A DNA stretch of 64,000 nt, taken from the IMG/VR virus record IMGVR_UViG_3300044816_000011, positions 4,154 through 68,153 of that record; one strand, written 5' to 3'. Of the stretch, positions 50,655-60,256 are shown piece after piece. This DNA comes from a virus. A program made the translations under genes and the position numbers. The stretch's first letter is position 1, and each line of letters begins with the position of its first letter. The notes under the pieces are model-generated. The model saw nothing but the letters and a program-made list of their open reading frames with translations. It did not search any database and had not been told where the DNA came from.

Positions 50655-52051
50655 TTCTCCGCGACTATCAATCCGCTGTCGTCAGCGAAGCTAGGGCTAA
50701 ACTAGGACTAGCCATTCGCGCCGTCATCATTCAAATGGTTACCGGGGCTGGCAAAACGCCTACCTGTTGCGAGATCATCCGATTGGCCGTGGCGAAAGGA
50801 AAATCCGTATTGTTTCTCGCTCATCGTACCGAACTGCTAACCCAGGCGTCCGATAAGCTAACAGCATTCGGCATTTCTCACGGTCTCATAAAGGCCGGTC
50901 GCATTGGCGATATGCGTCACAAAGTACAGGTCGCCAGCGTGCAAACGCTTGTGCGCCGACTGGACAAACTCTCATTTGTGCCTGACTTAGTGTGCATCGA
51001 TGAATGCCATTTGGCGGAAGCGAAAAGCTATAAGGATATTCTTAATAAATATCCAAAAGCCTACACTATCGGTCTCAGCGCTACGCCAGGAAGATTAGAC
51101 GGGCGCGGCCTAGGAAAACCCAAAGGGAATTTTGATTGCATAATTCCCGGGCCATCTATGACAGATCTTATAGAGCGTGGATTCTTGGTCCCGCTAAGAT
51201 ATTTCAGTGCTGCAAATCCAATCGACACCAGCGGTATTCATAGCTCAGCTGGCGACTACAATATCGGCGAGCTATCTGCTCTCGTGGATAAGCCTTCAAT
51301 TACCGGAGATGTATTAGATCATTGGAAGCGAATTGCGAGTGATCGAAAGACATTGATTTTCTGCATATCCATTGAGCACGCCGATCACGTGGCTGAGCAA
51401 TTTAGAAATTCTGGCATAAGCGCCCTATCAGTTAACGGCCAGTGGGATAGCAATTTGCGCGCTATGGCGCTGGCGGATTTCGAGCGCGGCACGGTTCAAG
51501 TGCTTGTGAATTGCCAACTATACGTGGAAGGAATAGATATCCCATCCATTGGATGTATTGCTGATTTAGCGCCGACGCAAAGCCTCACTCGGTATCTTCA
51601 GCGTGCCGGTCGTGGAATGCGTCCACATCCAGCTAAAGAGAATTGCATCTACTTAGATCATGCAAACAACGTATCTAGATTTGGATTTCCTACGGAGCCG
51701 AGAGAGTGGTCATTGGAAGGCGCGGAGAGCCGCAAAAAATCCGCTGAGCGTGCGACATCGATTCGAGTGTGCCCAAAATGCTTTGCCGCATCGCCAGCCA
51801 GGGCGCTCGTCTGCGTCGAATGCGGCATCCCCTTCGAAGTCAAACCGCGCCAAGAACTCACCGAGAAAGACGGCGAGCTCGTCGAACTCACAGCAGAACA
51901 GATTGCCAAGAAGCGTGAGCGGCGCGATCAAGGACGGTCGCGAACGCTGGCGGAATTGGAGGCGTTTGCGAGGATTAAAGGCTATGCCGCCGGTTGGGCA
52001 AAGCATGTGTGGGAAAGTAGAGAAACAAAGAAACAGAAGGAGAGTGTGTGA
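50651..52051 (+). CDS. SF2 DEAD/DEAH helicase (RadD/YejH-like) with C-terminal zinc finger
   Basis: LRDYQ, TGAGKT, DECH, SATP.RLDG, EGID.P, QRAGR..R, CPKC...CVEC. Confidence 0.9.
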   Translation: MILRDYQSAVVSEARAKLGLAIRAVIIQMVTGAGKTPTCCEIIRLAVAKGKSVLFLAHRTELLTQASDKLTAFGISHGLIKAGRIGDMRHKVQVASVQTLVRRLDKLSFVPDLVCIDECHLAEAKSYKDILNKYPKAYTIGLSATPGRLDGRGLGKPKGNFDCIIPGPSMTDLIERGFLVPLRYFSAANPIDTSGIHSSAGDYNIGELSALVDKPSITGDVLDHWKRIASDRKTLIFCISIEHADHVAEQFRNSGISALSVNGQWDSNLRAMALADFERGTVQVLVNCQLYVEGIDIPSIGCIADLAPTQSLTRYLQRAGRGMRPHPAKENCIYLDHANNVSRFGFPTEPREWSLEGAESRKKSAERATSIRVCPKCFAASPARALVCVECGIPFEVKPRQELTEKDGELVELTAEQIAKKRERRDQGRSRTLAELEAFARIKGYAAGWAKHVWESRETKKQKESV

Positions 52052-52317
52052 TGAATGATAGCGATAAGGACGGCCTCGACGCCGCGATGTTCCTAGCCGA
52101 ACTGGTGCGCGATGTGCTGTATAACCAGGAGCGGTATAAGTTGTATGCGAGGGTGTACAGCAACGCGCTAGCCAAAGCGGCGTATCCAAACTCGGCTCAC
52201 GCGGATAGCGCGCACATCTATGCCAAGCTGGCCGTGCGTGATATGGACCTGTGTTTCGAACCCATGAACGACGCGCCAACCGAAGAAGCGCCGATCGATC
52301 ACCATGAGGCACACTGA
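52048..52317 (+). CDS. hypothetical protein
   Basis: AGGAG RBS; coupled to the helicase. Confidence 0.5.
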   Translation: MMNDSDKDGLDAAMFLAELVRDVLYNQERYKLYARVYSNALAKAAYPNSAHADSAHIYAKLAVRDMDLCFEPMNDAPTEEAPIDHHEAH

Positions 52318-52741
52318 GATGAGCGATCAAGACGAAATCGAAAAAGCCTTCATGGATACCATGCTATACGGTACCGGCTATACAAAAGTCACAGCAGAAG
52401 GAATCAAGCACGTGCCAAATGATAGGGTGAAAATCAAGTTCGGCGGAATGGCCAAAGAATGCCCAAAGTGCTGGTACGAAATCGATTCGTGCGTCTGCGG
52501 CCAGGATGTATCTTACGACGCGCAGGCTGTCCTTGACGGCAAACTTCGTCTTCTCAACGACCTCGACGCCGATCTCGAACGTCGTATCGACATCGCCTAT
52601 GAGCGCATGCTACGCGCCGAGGACGACGCCGTATCACGCGAATACTTCCACGAGCTCGCCGGCCTCGTACGGCAACGCTCTGGCGCGCAAATTGCGAAGA
52701 TGGAGTTGGAACGAAGGATTTCGAGGCCGAGCAATGAATGA
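52304..52741 (+). CDS. hypothetical protein with CPKC...C.C
   Basis: ORF track; overlapping chain. Confidence 0.5.
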   Translation: MRHTEMSDQDEIEKAFMDTMLYGTGYTKVTAEGIKHVPNDRVKIKFGGMAKECPKCWYEIDSCVCGQDVSYDAQAVLDGKLRLLNDLDADLERRIDIAYERMLRAEDDAVSREYFHELAGLVRQRSGAQIAKMELERRISRPSNE

Positions 52742-52913
52742 CATCGAACTGATTGATTCGCAGCATCACGTGATTCTCAACATGCCGTGCGCGTGTACAT
52801 TGCGATGGATTAAAGACGGATCAGAACGTGAGGTTGTCAACCAATGCAGCCGATGCCGCGCCATTGCTGAGTATCAGCGCTGGATCAAGATACCGGAGAA
52901 TGCCGATGTCTGA
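52734..52913 (+). CDS. small Cys-rich protein
   Basis: GAGG RBS; CAC...CSRC. Confidence 0.45.
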   Translation: MNDIELIDSQHHVILNMPCACTLRWIKDGSEREVVNQCSRCRAIAEYQRWIKIPENADV

Positions 52914-53289
52914 AACCGACCTCTACAACGAAATCCTGACCACCTATAGCCGTGGCCACACTCGATTAATGCGCGTGAACGCTGGGATGGCGTGGCAAGG
53001 CAAAGTCATTGAGCAGTCGCATACGCGTCTGGTACTCGCATACCCTAAACCAATTAGGTTGGCGGTTACGGGCGTGTCGGATCTCATTGGATGGACGACG
53101 GTCGCGATTGCGGGCGACGGAGGACTAGCGCCATGCGCAATCTTTACCGCCATCGAGTGCAAGATCGGCAATCGGCGTGCGGCCGAGGAGCAGGCTGCGT
53201 ATCTGGATCTCGTGCGCCGCGCTGGGGGCCGAGCTGGGGTAGCGCGCAGTAGCGAGGATGCGGGGGAGATATTACGTGGTGAACGATAA
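52906..53289 (+). CDS. VRR-NUC nuclease
   Basis: R.NAG, GVSDLIG, AIECK, EQ..YL..V...GG.AGVARS. Confidence 0.85.
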   Translation: MSETDLYNEILTTYSRGHTRLMRVNAGMAWQGKVIEQSHTRLVLAYPKPIRLAVTGVSDLIGWTTVAIAGDGGLAPCAIFTAIECKIGNRRAAEEQAAYLDLVRRAGGRAGVARSSEDAGEILRGER

Positions 53290-53338
53290 CCCCAGAATGG
53301 CTCGCTGTAGCACTATGAGTTGACGCTGACTGGTCGTA

Positions 53339-53977
53339 TTGAGGGGACTGAAATTGTTCAATAAGCCACTAATGATAGATTTATTCGCAGGACTTGGAGG
53401 CTGGGCCTCTGGCGGTCTAGCCGAAGGCTATCAAGTCATCGGTTTCGACAACGTGCGGCACATCTACGGCGAACATCGCTATCCCGCGCAGCTCGTCATT
53501 CAGGACGTGCTGACGCTGCATGGCAGTCAGTTCAAGGATGCGGCGCTGATCGTGGCCTCCCCTCCCTGCCAAGGCTATAGCTATCGAGCCATGCCGTGGA
53601 AGCGCGCCAAGGCACTGCCACCACCTGACAATTCACTTTTCGAGGCGTGCTTTCGCATCCAGGCGGAAGCGAGCGCGGCTGCCCGACGGCACATCCCAAT
53701 GGTAGTTGAGAACGTGTGTGGCGCGCAGAAGTGGGTCGGGCGCTCGCGTTGGAACTATGGTCCATACGCGCTATGGGGTGACGTTCCTGCATTGATGCCA
53801 AAAGCCATTGGGGTCAGAAAGGGACAAGGCAGCGGTAGTAGTTGGTTCTACAAGAACGGAGGCAATGGGCGTTCTGCTTCGTCAAACTCGCATGAGCGAA
53901 AGCAGTGGTCGGCGACCGTAGCCAAAATCCCCCTTGAACTCTCTACGTGGATTGCCAAATGTTTCAAGCCTATCTGA
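53339..53977 (+). CDS. short C5-cytosine DNA methyltransferase-like protein (start uncertain)
   Basis: DLFAGLGG (I), ASPPCQ (IV), VENV (VI); later motifs not recognisable. Confidence 0.75.
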   Translation: MRGLKLFNKPLMIDLFAGLGGWASGGLAEGYQVIGFDNVRHIYGEHRYPAQLVIQDVLTLHGSQFKDAALIVASPPCQGYSYRAMPWKRAKALPPPDNSLFEACFRIQAEASAAARRHIPMVVENVCGAQKWVGRSRWNYGPYALWGDVPALMPKAIGVRKGQGSGSSWFYKNGGNGRSASSNSHERKQWSATVAKIPLELSTWIAKCFKPI

Positions 53978-54615
53978 TTACCTGCACTGCCAATGCAAAG
54001 ACATATGTCGGAATCACTTCACGCAGTATCAGGCGGCGGTGGAATGAGCATTTATACGATGCTCGTCAGCGCAATACGAAGATGGCCATAAGCAGGGCAA
54101 TTGCGAAATACGGTGTAGATAAGTTCGCAGTGCATGCACTCTGCTCTGCTCGCTCTTGGAGTGATATTTGCGCCGTTGAATCGATATTGATTTTGCAATA
54201 TAGAACCAGAGCGCCAAATGGCTACAACGTGAGCGATGGCGGGAACGGACCGTTTGGAGTCAAGAAAACACCGGAATCAGTAGAACGGTCAGCCGCCAAA
54301 CATCGCGGTAAGCCTTGTCATCCGAATACAATAGCCGCAGCACAAGCTAGGCGAGGCATCGCTAAGCCAGTGGGGCACGGCGCAAAGGTATCAGCCGCTC
54401 TAACTGGAATTCAGCGCTCAGAGAATACGAAAGCAAAACTGCGTGCATATTGGGCTGCGCGTCGCGCTGCCGGCGATTTCAAGACGACAGAATCGTATGC
54501 ACATCATCGCAAGTCCGCCATGATCGCCAAAATCCCGCTACCCCTCGCGCGCCACATCGCTCGCGTCTATTATCCCCGCGATCCAGCCGATATCACTTTA
54601 CAATCCACGGTATAA
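53959..54615 (+). CDS. GIY-YIG homing endonuclease with NUMOD3-like basic repeats
   Basis: AY.I...N.K.YVGIT...RRW.EH...AI.KYG...E...I...PNGYN..DGG; SENTKAKL. Confidence 0.85.
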   Translation: MFQAYLITCTANAKTYVGITSRSIRRRWNEHLYDARQRNTKMAISRAIAKYGVDKFAVHALCSARSWSDICAVESILILQYRTRAPNGYNVSDGGNGPFGVKKTPESVERSAAKHRGKPCHPNTIAAAQARRGIAKPVGHGAKVSAALTGIQRSENTKAKLRAYWAARRAAGDFKTTESYAHHRKSAMIAKIPLPLARHIARVYYPRDPADITLQSTV

Positions 54616-54662
54616 ATTTTACAGTATGCGTCCATTCACTCACTACAACTATATCTATACTT

Positions 54663-54866
54663 ATGGACTATACCACTCGACGACTGCCGCTCAAGCGAGC
54701 GCGCCGGATCGCGATTAACGTCACGGTCGATCCAGAAACGCATGTCATCCTACACAGAATCGGCGAGGGCAACCGCTCAGCCGGGCTCGAGGAAGTGGTC
54801 CGGTTCTACCTATCGAAGTGCCGCCAACCTGAGCGCAACCGACTCCTAGAACCCATAGCCGAGTAA
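54663..54866 (+). CDS. ribbon-helix-helix-like regulator
   Basis: INVTVD...L..I..GNRSA. Confidence 0.55.
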   Translation: MDYTTRRLPLKRARRIAINVTVDPETHVILHRIGEGNRSAGLEEVVRFYLSKCRQPERNRLLEPIAE

Positions 54867-54875
54867 CCGCTCGCC

Positions 54876-57068
54876 ATGGCGGTCGATTTCGAAACGGTCG
54901 GGGCCGCTGCCTTGGCCATGGCAACCAGCCTGCTCCCGCAATGGATAGGCGGTAAGCGCGTAGGCCACGAATGGCTCGGCGAGCGAAAATCCAACGGCGG
55001 ACCGGGCGACAGTTGGAAGGTCAATCTCAACAACGGCGTATGGGCTAACTTCGGCGGCGAGGCCAAAGGCGGAGACCTCATTAGCCTCTATGCTACCCTC
55101 AACCACATCAACAACGGCACTGCGCTCGCTCAGGTCGCGGCCCTCGTCGGCGTGACCGATCGCGATGTCCCGGTGCTGCCGCGCACCCGGCCAGCGCCCG
55201 AACCGGACACTGATCCTGCGCTCCCGATTCCCCCGGACGCCGGCGATCTCCCCAAGCACGGTCGGCACGGCCTTCCTACCGCCGTATATCGCTATGGCAC
55301 GGCGTTCGCCGTCGCCCGGTACGATCTACCGGACGGGAAGACGTTCTGCCCCTGGACCTGGCGCAAAAACGGCTGGCGGGCCCAAGCCGGTCCGGATCCT
55401 AAGGTCCTGTACAACGCCGCCGAACTGGCCAAGCACCCGGAATCAGCCGTTCTGGTCGTTGAGGGCGAGAAATGCGCGGACGCCGCCAAGGGTGCCATGC
55501 GCCGCAATGTGGTCGTTACCTGGGCCGGCGGAGCCCAAGCGATCCGCAAAGCCGACTGGAGGGCTCTGGCCGGCCGCGACGTCGTGATCTGGCCCGATGC
55601 CGACGATCCAGGCAGAAAAGCCGCTGCGTGGCTCGCTGAGCGCCTGTCAGGCACCGCCAAGCGCGTGCGCGTGATTAACCCCAACGGCGCCGCCGATGGC
55701 TGGGATGTCGCCGAAGCCATCGCCGAGGGTTGGGATTCGACGCGCATTGCGAAGTGGGTTGGTGAACATATCCAGGCGGTCGAGGCCGCGCCAGAATCCA
55801 AGCCAGCGCCCGCGTTTCCTGTCCGCACAAAGCACCCGCAAGTTGAGGTATTACCTCCCGCCGACCCAGACTCAGATTACCAAGGCGGAGCGGCGCCGCA
55901 ATCTGCATTGGCTATGTGGCAGGAACTTGGGCTCGCCAAAGACACCAAGCAAATCCCACACGCAACTCTTTCAAATGCCAGCACTATTTTACAACTGCAT
56001 CCACACTATCGCGGCAAAATCTGGCTCGACTCATTCCGCGGTAAAATATATCACTCGCTCAATGGCACACCGAGTCTATGGACCGATGCCGACTCCAGGC
56101 GCGCCACCGCTTGGATCCAACAGCAAGCCCAATTACCTAAAATAAATCTATACCTGGTTCAAGATGCCGTCATGCATGCCGCCGAGTGTCAGCAGCGCAA
56201 CTCGCTGACCGATTGGCTGGACTCACTGGAATGGGATCAAGTCCCGCGTTTGGACACGTGGCTAGCCGATTGCCTAGGCGCCGACCGTAACCTTTACAAT
56301 GATGCAGTGGCCCGCAACTGGCCGATATCTATGGTCGCTCGAGCGTATCAGCCTGGTTGTCAGGTGGATACCATGCCGGTCCTCGAGGGCCGCATGGGGC
56401 GCGGCAAATCCAGCTTCCTCAAGGTCCTCGCCGATCCTTGGTTTGCCTCCATTCCAATCGCGTTCGGCGAAAAGGATTTCTTCCAAGCCATCCAAGGCCG
56501 ATGGCTCATTGAAGTGCCCGACATGAGCGGATTCTCAAAACGAGAGCACTCGCAAATCCTCGCCACCATCGTCAACCGTGAGGATGTGTATCGTAAAAGC
56601 CACGGTAGAATTACCGAGGAACATCCAAGGGTTACGGTCTTTGCTGCCACCTCAGAAAACAGCGAATACCTGCAAGAGGCCCGAGGTAGGCGCCGCTACT
56701 GGCCCCTGATATGCGGGTACATCAATTTGGAAACCCTCTACCAACAACGCGAACAAATCTTCGCCGAGGCCGTCGCCGAATACCGCAACGGTGCCTCGTG
56801 GCACGAAATGCCAGAAGGCACCGACGAACAACAGTTAGCGCGCGCCTCGCGTGATATCTGGACGGACACCGTATTGGCTTACGCCAATAGCTACGGCGAT
56901 AACAAACTGACATCAGGATCCATCCTCACCAACGCCATCCAAATGGAGATGTCACGCCAAGATGACGGAGCCAAGCGCCGCATCTACCGCATCATGATGG
57001 AAAACGGATGGAAGCAACTGCACCACAAAGATCGCTATTGGAAGAAGGTCGAAACCGATGACATTTAA
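54876..57068 (+). CDS. primase-helicase (TOPRIM plus VapE/VirE-like P-loop)
   Basis: G.W.NF....GGDLISL; VVEGEKCAD; WPDADDPG; G.MG.GKS; R..HGR....PR; RRYWP. Confidence 0.9.
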   Translation: MAVDFETVGAAALAMATSLLPQWIGGKRVGHEWLGERKSNGGPGDSWKVNLNNGVWANFGGEAKGGDLISLYATLNHINNGTALAQVAALVGVTDRDVPVLPRTRPAPEPDTDPALPIPPDAGDLPKHGRHGLPTAVYRYGTAFAVARYDLPDGKTFCPWTWRKNGWRAQAGPDPKVLYNAAELAKHPESAVLVVEGEKCADAAKGAMRRNVVVTWAGGAQAIRKADWRALAGRDVVIWPDADDPGRKAAAWLAERLSGTAKRVRVINPNGAADGWDVAEAIAEGWDSTRIAKWVGEHIQAVEAAPESKPAPAFPVRTKHPQVEVLPPADPDSDYQGGAAPQSALAMWQELGLAKDTKQIPHATLSNASTILQLHPHYRGKIWLDSFRGKIYHSLNGTPSLWTDADSRRATAWIQQQAQLPKINLYLVQDAVMHAAECQQRNSLTDWLDSLEWDQVPRLDTWLADCLGADRNLYNDAVARNWPISMVARAYQPGCQVDTMPVLEGRMGRGKSSFLKVLADPWFASIPIAFGEKDFFQAIQGRWLIEVPDMSGFSKREHSQILATIVNREDVYRKSHGRITEEHPRVTVFAATSENSEYLQEARGRRRYWPLICGYINLETLYQQREQIFAEAVAEYRNGASWHEMPEGTDEQQLARASRDIWTDTVLAYANSYGDNKLTSGSILTNAIQMEMSRQDDGAKRRIYRIMMENGWKQLHHKDRYWKKVETDDI

Positions 57069-57273
57069 CTCGTGGCTCAGAAAACAACGCCATCGCGATG
57101 ATCCGGTCGGCGACCTCGCGCGAGACTATATCGACGACTGCCGATTGAATCGTATCCGATCGCGATCCGTCACGTCGATCAGGTTGATAGCCTCAGGCAT
57201 CGGCGATGTGATCGACGACGCTATCGCCGAATACCACCTAGCGGACAAAATACCCCGATTGCTAGACACATAG
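57058..57273 (+). CDS. YozE SAM-like protein
   Basis: TF..WL..Q..RDDPVGDLARD. Confidence 0.7.
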   Translation: MTFNSWLRKQRHRDDPVGDLARDYIDDCRLNRIRSRSVTSIRLIASGIGDVIDDAIAEYHLADKIPRLLDT

Positions 57274-57462
57274 ACGCTGTAGACACCTACTTCACTGAGG
57301 GCTATATAAATATATATAACGTATGTGTAATAGCTAATTAGTCCTCAGGTACATTGCTAGTGTATTAAGTGTCTAAGTGTCTATATATATAATAATAATA
57401 ATAATATCAATAACTTAGTATATTCATTGATAGACGGTCGATAGACACTCAATAGACACTTG
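57260..57462. other. putative replication origin: TAGACAC iterons around an AT-rich core
   Basis: TAGACAC at 57263, 57280, 57442, 57453; inverted GTGTCTA at 57369, 57377; variants at 57271, 57431; (TA)n and (AAT)n tract; directly downstream of the primase-helicase. Confidence 0.65.
57405..57417 (+). promoter_or_regulatory. IHF consensus site
   Basis: TATCAATAACTTA matches WATCAANNNNTTR, with an upstream A/T tract. Confidence 0.55.
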
Positions 57463-58010
57463 ACCCAAAAGTGCCATTTTAAGCACCAATCCGGACCGAT
57501 TGTGCCAAATTTGGATGTAATAGCCTCCGCCGCACCAGGGCGAGCGCGAGAAACTTAGCGGCGCTCGCCCGCCGATCCGTGCGCCTGATGCGTTAGCGCC
57601 ACATATCCATGTCGAAACCTAGCGAGCAGAGTCGCTCCATATGCGCTTATCCATCTGCGACATTTGTACTAACGTGCTGTTACAAATAACGTCATATCAG
57701 TGTATTAGGCTTGTGGTTGGTCAATATTGGTTTGTCATACTGGTTATTATGCGAAGTACGCGAGCAAGTGTAATGTTGCATGCATGCCGATCCGCACAGG
57801 CATGTTGGGCCGCCGCCACATGCCAGGTTTTCGAGGGGGTGGGGGACCCCTTTTTGCTGCAACGCGGAGTCCCAAGTACCGGTACCGCGCGCCGTATCCG
57901 TATTCGGCCCATTTGGCAGGTTTCGGGTCCCATTCCGGGATTGTTCTGGAATTTGGGTCCCTCCCTAAGGTGGTATACTACATAACACTATGATAACAAG
58001 TGTGGATGCG

Positions 58011-58246
58011 TAGGGATCCCTATGGTCTAACTATGCTTCACACTTAGTCACTATTTGTGATGTTTAGTCGATTGATAGGGATCCCTATGGTTAAACCATT
58101 AGTGAACGAGCGTGATGTTTAGTCAATGGTTGTGAGACGTACCGTCATGCTATGCTTAACGACTATTGACAAAATGAAAACAAGTGTTAACGTCAGTGAA
58201 CTATTGGGAGTTATGTTGTTTAACTAAGAGTTATGTTGTTTAACTA
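58011..58246. repeat. cluster of operator-like repeats
   Basis: Palindrome TAGGGATCCCTA x2 (58011, 58076); GTGATGTTTAGTC x2 (58057, 58112); GAGTTATGTTGTTTAACTA x2 (58208, 58228); TTGACA at 58166. Confidence 0.75.
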
Positions 58247-58278
58247 GTTGTGTTTTTTTGATATCTGAGGTTATATTT

Positions 58279-58473
58279 ATGCCTACCAATCGACTAATGA
58301 TTTCATTTAGAGTCGAACGTAAACTATTTGACCAGATTGAGAAGTTTGCGAACGAACAAGGCCGGACGAAGGCAAACTTTGTTGCGCATCAACTGCGGAT
58401 GGTATTGGGTGCGAAGGGTGTGACCTGGGCGGATCACGAGAAAGACGACGACGATTGTGGTGTGATTCAGTAA
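58279..58473 (+). CDS. ribbon-helix-helix (CopG/Arc-like) regulator
   Basis: GAGG RBS; ISFRV...L...IE.FA...GRT.ANFV. Confidence 0.7.
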   Translation: MPTNRLMISFRVERKLFDQIEKFANEQGRTKANFVAHQLRMVLGAKGVTWADHEKDDDDCGVIQ

Positions 58474-58688
58474 TGGCCAGCCGCATTAAGTATCCGGATC
58501 GGATTACGATACCGATGTCGACTGCGTTGCGTGCGGAGTTAGAGGCGGAGGCGTGGGAGTGCGAGATGGGATTGGCGGACTACGTGCGCGGGTTGCTGGT
58601 GCGAAGGGGTAAGTGGGCGCGCACGGTGGGCACGGCGGGTGGGTATGACATAGCGGCGCCGGAGTTAGCGAAGCGGGTGCAGAGATGA
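58473..58688 (+). CDS. second RHH-like protein
   Basis: TAATG coupling; RITI.M...L...LE.EA......ADYVR.LL. Confidence 0.6.
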   Translation: MASRIKYPDRITIPMSTALRAELEAEAWECEMGLADYVRGLLVRRGKWARTVGTAGGYDIAAPELAKRVQR

Positions 58689-58911
58689 CGTGGGCGCGGA
58701 GTGAGTAGTGTCGCAGTGGTCAGGCGTGTATGACATCCCGTAGTGAATGGTCTGAATCAGGAGGATTCAAGGTGTCTTGGATAGTGAACGGTGTGGAATT
58801 TCCATTGCGCGAGATTCCAGCTGGGGAGTTTGTGGGGCGGGTCGATAAAGTACTGGCCGCCATTGAAGTATGATGTGGATCCGCGCACGCCGCAGATGAC
58901 GGATGTGACCC

Positions 58912-59499
58912 ATGGCTAACCGCCGAGGCAGGCCGCCTGCAGGAATGCCCGCAGCTCCTGCTGAGCGCGGTGCAGCGCGCGAGGAGCTCTCGCTGTGGAT
59001 GAAGGCGCAGTTCGAGAAGATAGAGACCGAGCACCAGCAGCGGGTGGAGATATTGCGCACGGCGGGCGAGCATCCGTCGCCGGTGTTTGGCAAGATGGTG
59101 AAGCGGTTTGCGGCGCTGGGGATTGTGCGAGCGCACATCGCGAAGTTATTGGACGTGTCGTTGTCGACGTTGACGACGCACTATGCGGATGAGTTGGAGT
59201 TAGGCGTGGCCGAAGCGAATGCGGCGGTGGCGACGAACATGCTGCGGATCGCGACGGACCCTAGTAATCCGGCAGCGGGCAAGGTCGGGATGGCATGGCT
59301 GGACCGACGCGGTGGCGAGCAGTGGGCGCCGGCGACGAAGAAGATTGAAGTTGAGGATGTGACGCAGCGGGCGCCGATAATTGACTCGAGTAAGTTGACA
59401 TTCGCTGAGCGTCAGCAGATGCGTGCGATGCTGACGCGGATCGCGGATGGTGGTACGGGCGAGTCGGTGGAGGATGATGAGGGTGGGGTGATTGAGTGA
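58912..59499 (+). CDS. terminase small subunit
   Basis: HTH IAKLL.VS..TL..HY..EL..G...AN..V...M...A; WL..R.G..W; upstream of TerL. Confidence 0.7.
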   Translation: MANRRGRPPAGMPAAPAERGAAREELSLWMKAQFEKIETEHQQRVEILRTAGEHPSPVFGKMVKRFAALGIVRAHIAKLLDVSLSTLTTHYADELELGVAEANAAVATNMLRIATDPSNPAAGKVGMAWLDRRGGEQWAPATKKIEVEDVTQRAPIIDSSKLTFAERQQMRAMLTRIADGGTGESVEDDEGGVIE

Positions 59500-59678
59500 G
59501 CGGCCGCCCCCACGCCCTGAGTTACCCGCAGTTGCGCCTGATCGACGCTTGGTTCGCGCAGCCGGGCCGGGTAAAGCGACCATCGAAAAAAGTGATGGCG
59601 GGTAAGTTAGGAATCAGCCAGATGACATTGCACGATGCGGCGCGCAGACTGAATGGGTATGCAGGAGTAGGGAAATGA
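59496..59678 (+). CDS. small HTH protein
   Basis: GRP..L; MA.KLGISQ.TL. Confidence 0.55.
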   Translation: MSGRPHALSYPQLRLIDAWFAQPGRVKRPSKKVMAGKLGISQMTLHDAARRLNGYAGVGK

Positions 59679-59983
59679 TCGTACCGACGATAGGCAGAGT
59701 GGTGTGGATCGTAAACCGCTACGGCGCGTATCGCCGCAACAACGTGAAAGCGCAGCCCGAGGTCGGGCTGATTGCGTTCGTTCACGATGACCGGTTGATA
59801 AACGTCGCCGGATTCGATATGTATGGCTTGCCGTTCGCGTTGACGGAAGTGACTCTGTTGCAGGATGGCGATCCGGTGCCCGACAATGGTTACGCGCAAT
59901 GGATGCCGTACCAGGTTGCGACCGCGAAGGGAGAAATTCCGGCTGTGCGGCATGCGTCGCCAGAATCGAGCAGCAATCGTTAA
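59675..59983 (+). CDS. conserved phage hypothetical protein (PTIGRVVW family)
   Basis: PT.GR.VW...I.FV......N..G.D..G...WMPYQ. Confidence 0.6.
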   Translation: MIVPTIGRVVWIVNRYGAYRRNNVKAQPEVGLIAFVHDDRLINVAGFDMYGLPFALTEVTLLQDGDPVPDNGYAQWMPYQVATAKGEIPAVRHASPESSSNR

Positions 59984-60058
59984 CTGTTGTGGCGGCTGGA
60001 GAAAATTAGTGCCGGCGTCTGGCCCCACGATACGGGCTAACTGATCTCAACGGATGGA

Positions 60059-60256
60059 GTGATGCATCGCATATATAAGTTAAAGATGCCGACCGGCATC
60101 GAGTTACTCCCGCAGTGCATCCGCTGTGGCTATCATACCGTTGTTCCGTACTGGGTGAGTACGATAGGCCGGGCTTGCGGGCCGTTCTGCTATGAGTGTC
60201 AGCAAGAATTTTTAGGGAACATTGTGCCGGCGCTAGATCCGCACGAGTGGGTTTAG
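60059..60256 (+). CDS. small zinc-finger protein
   Basis: CIRC...CYEC; GGAG RBS. Confidence 0.45.
   Translation: MMHRIYKLKMPTGIELLPQCIRCGYHTVVPYWVSTIGRACGPFCYECQQEFLGNIVPALDPHEWV

Noticed and set aside
57641-57993. Several overlapping ORFs in the post-origin region
   Set aside because: No RBS, motifs or coupling; the region is more consistent with non-coding regulatory or terminal DNA
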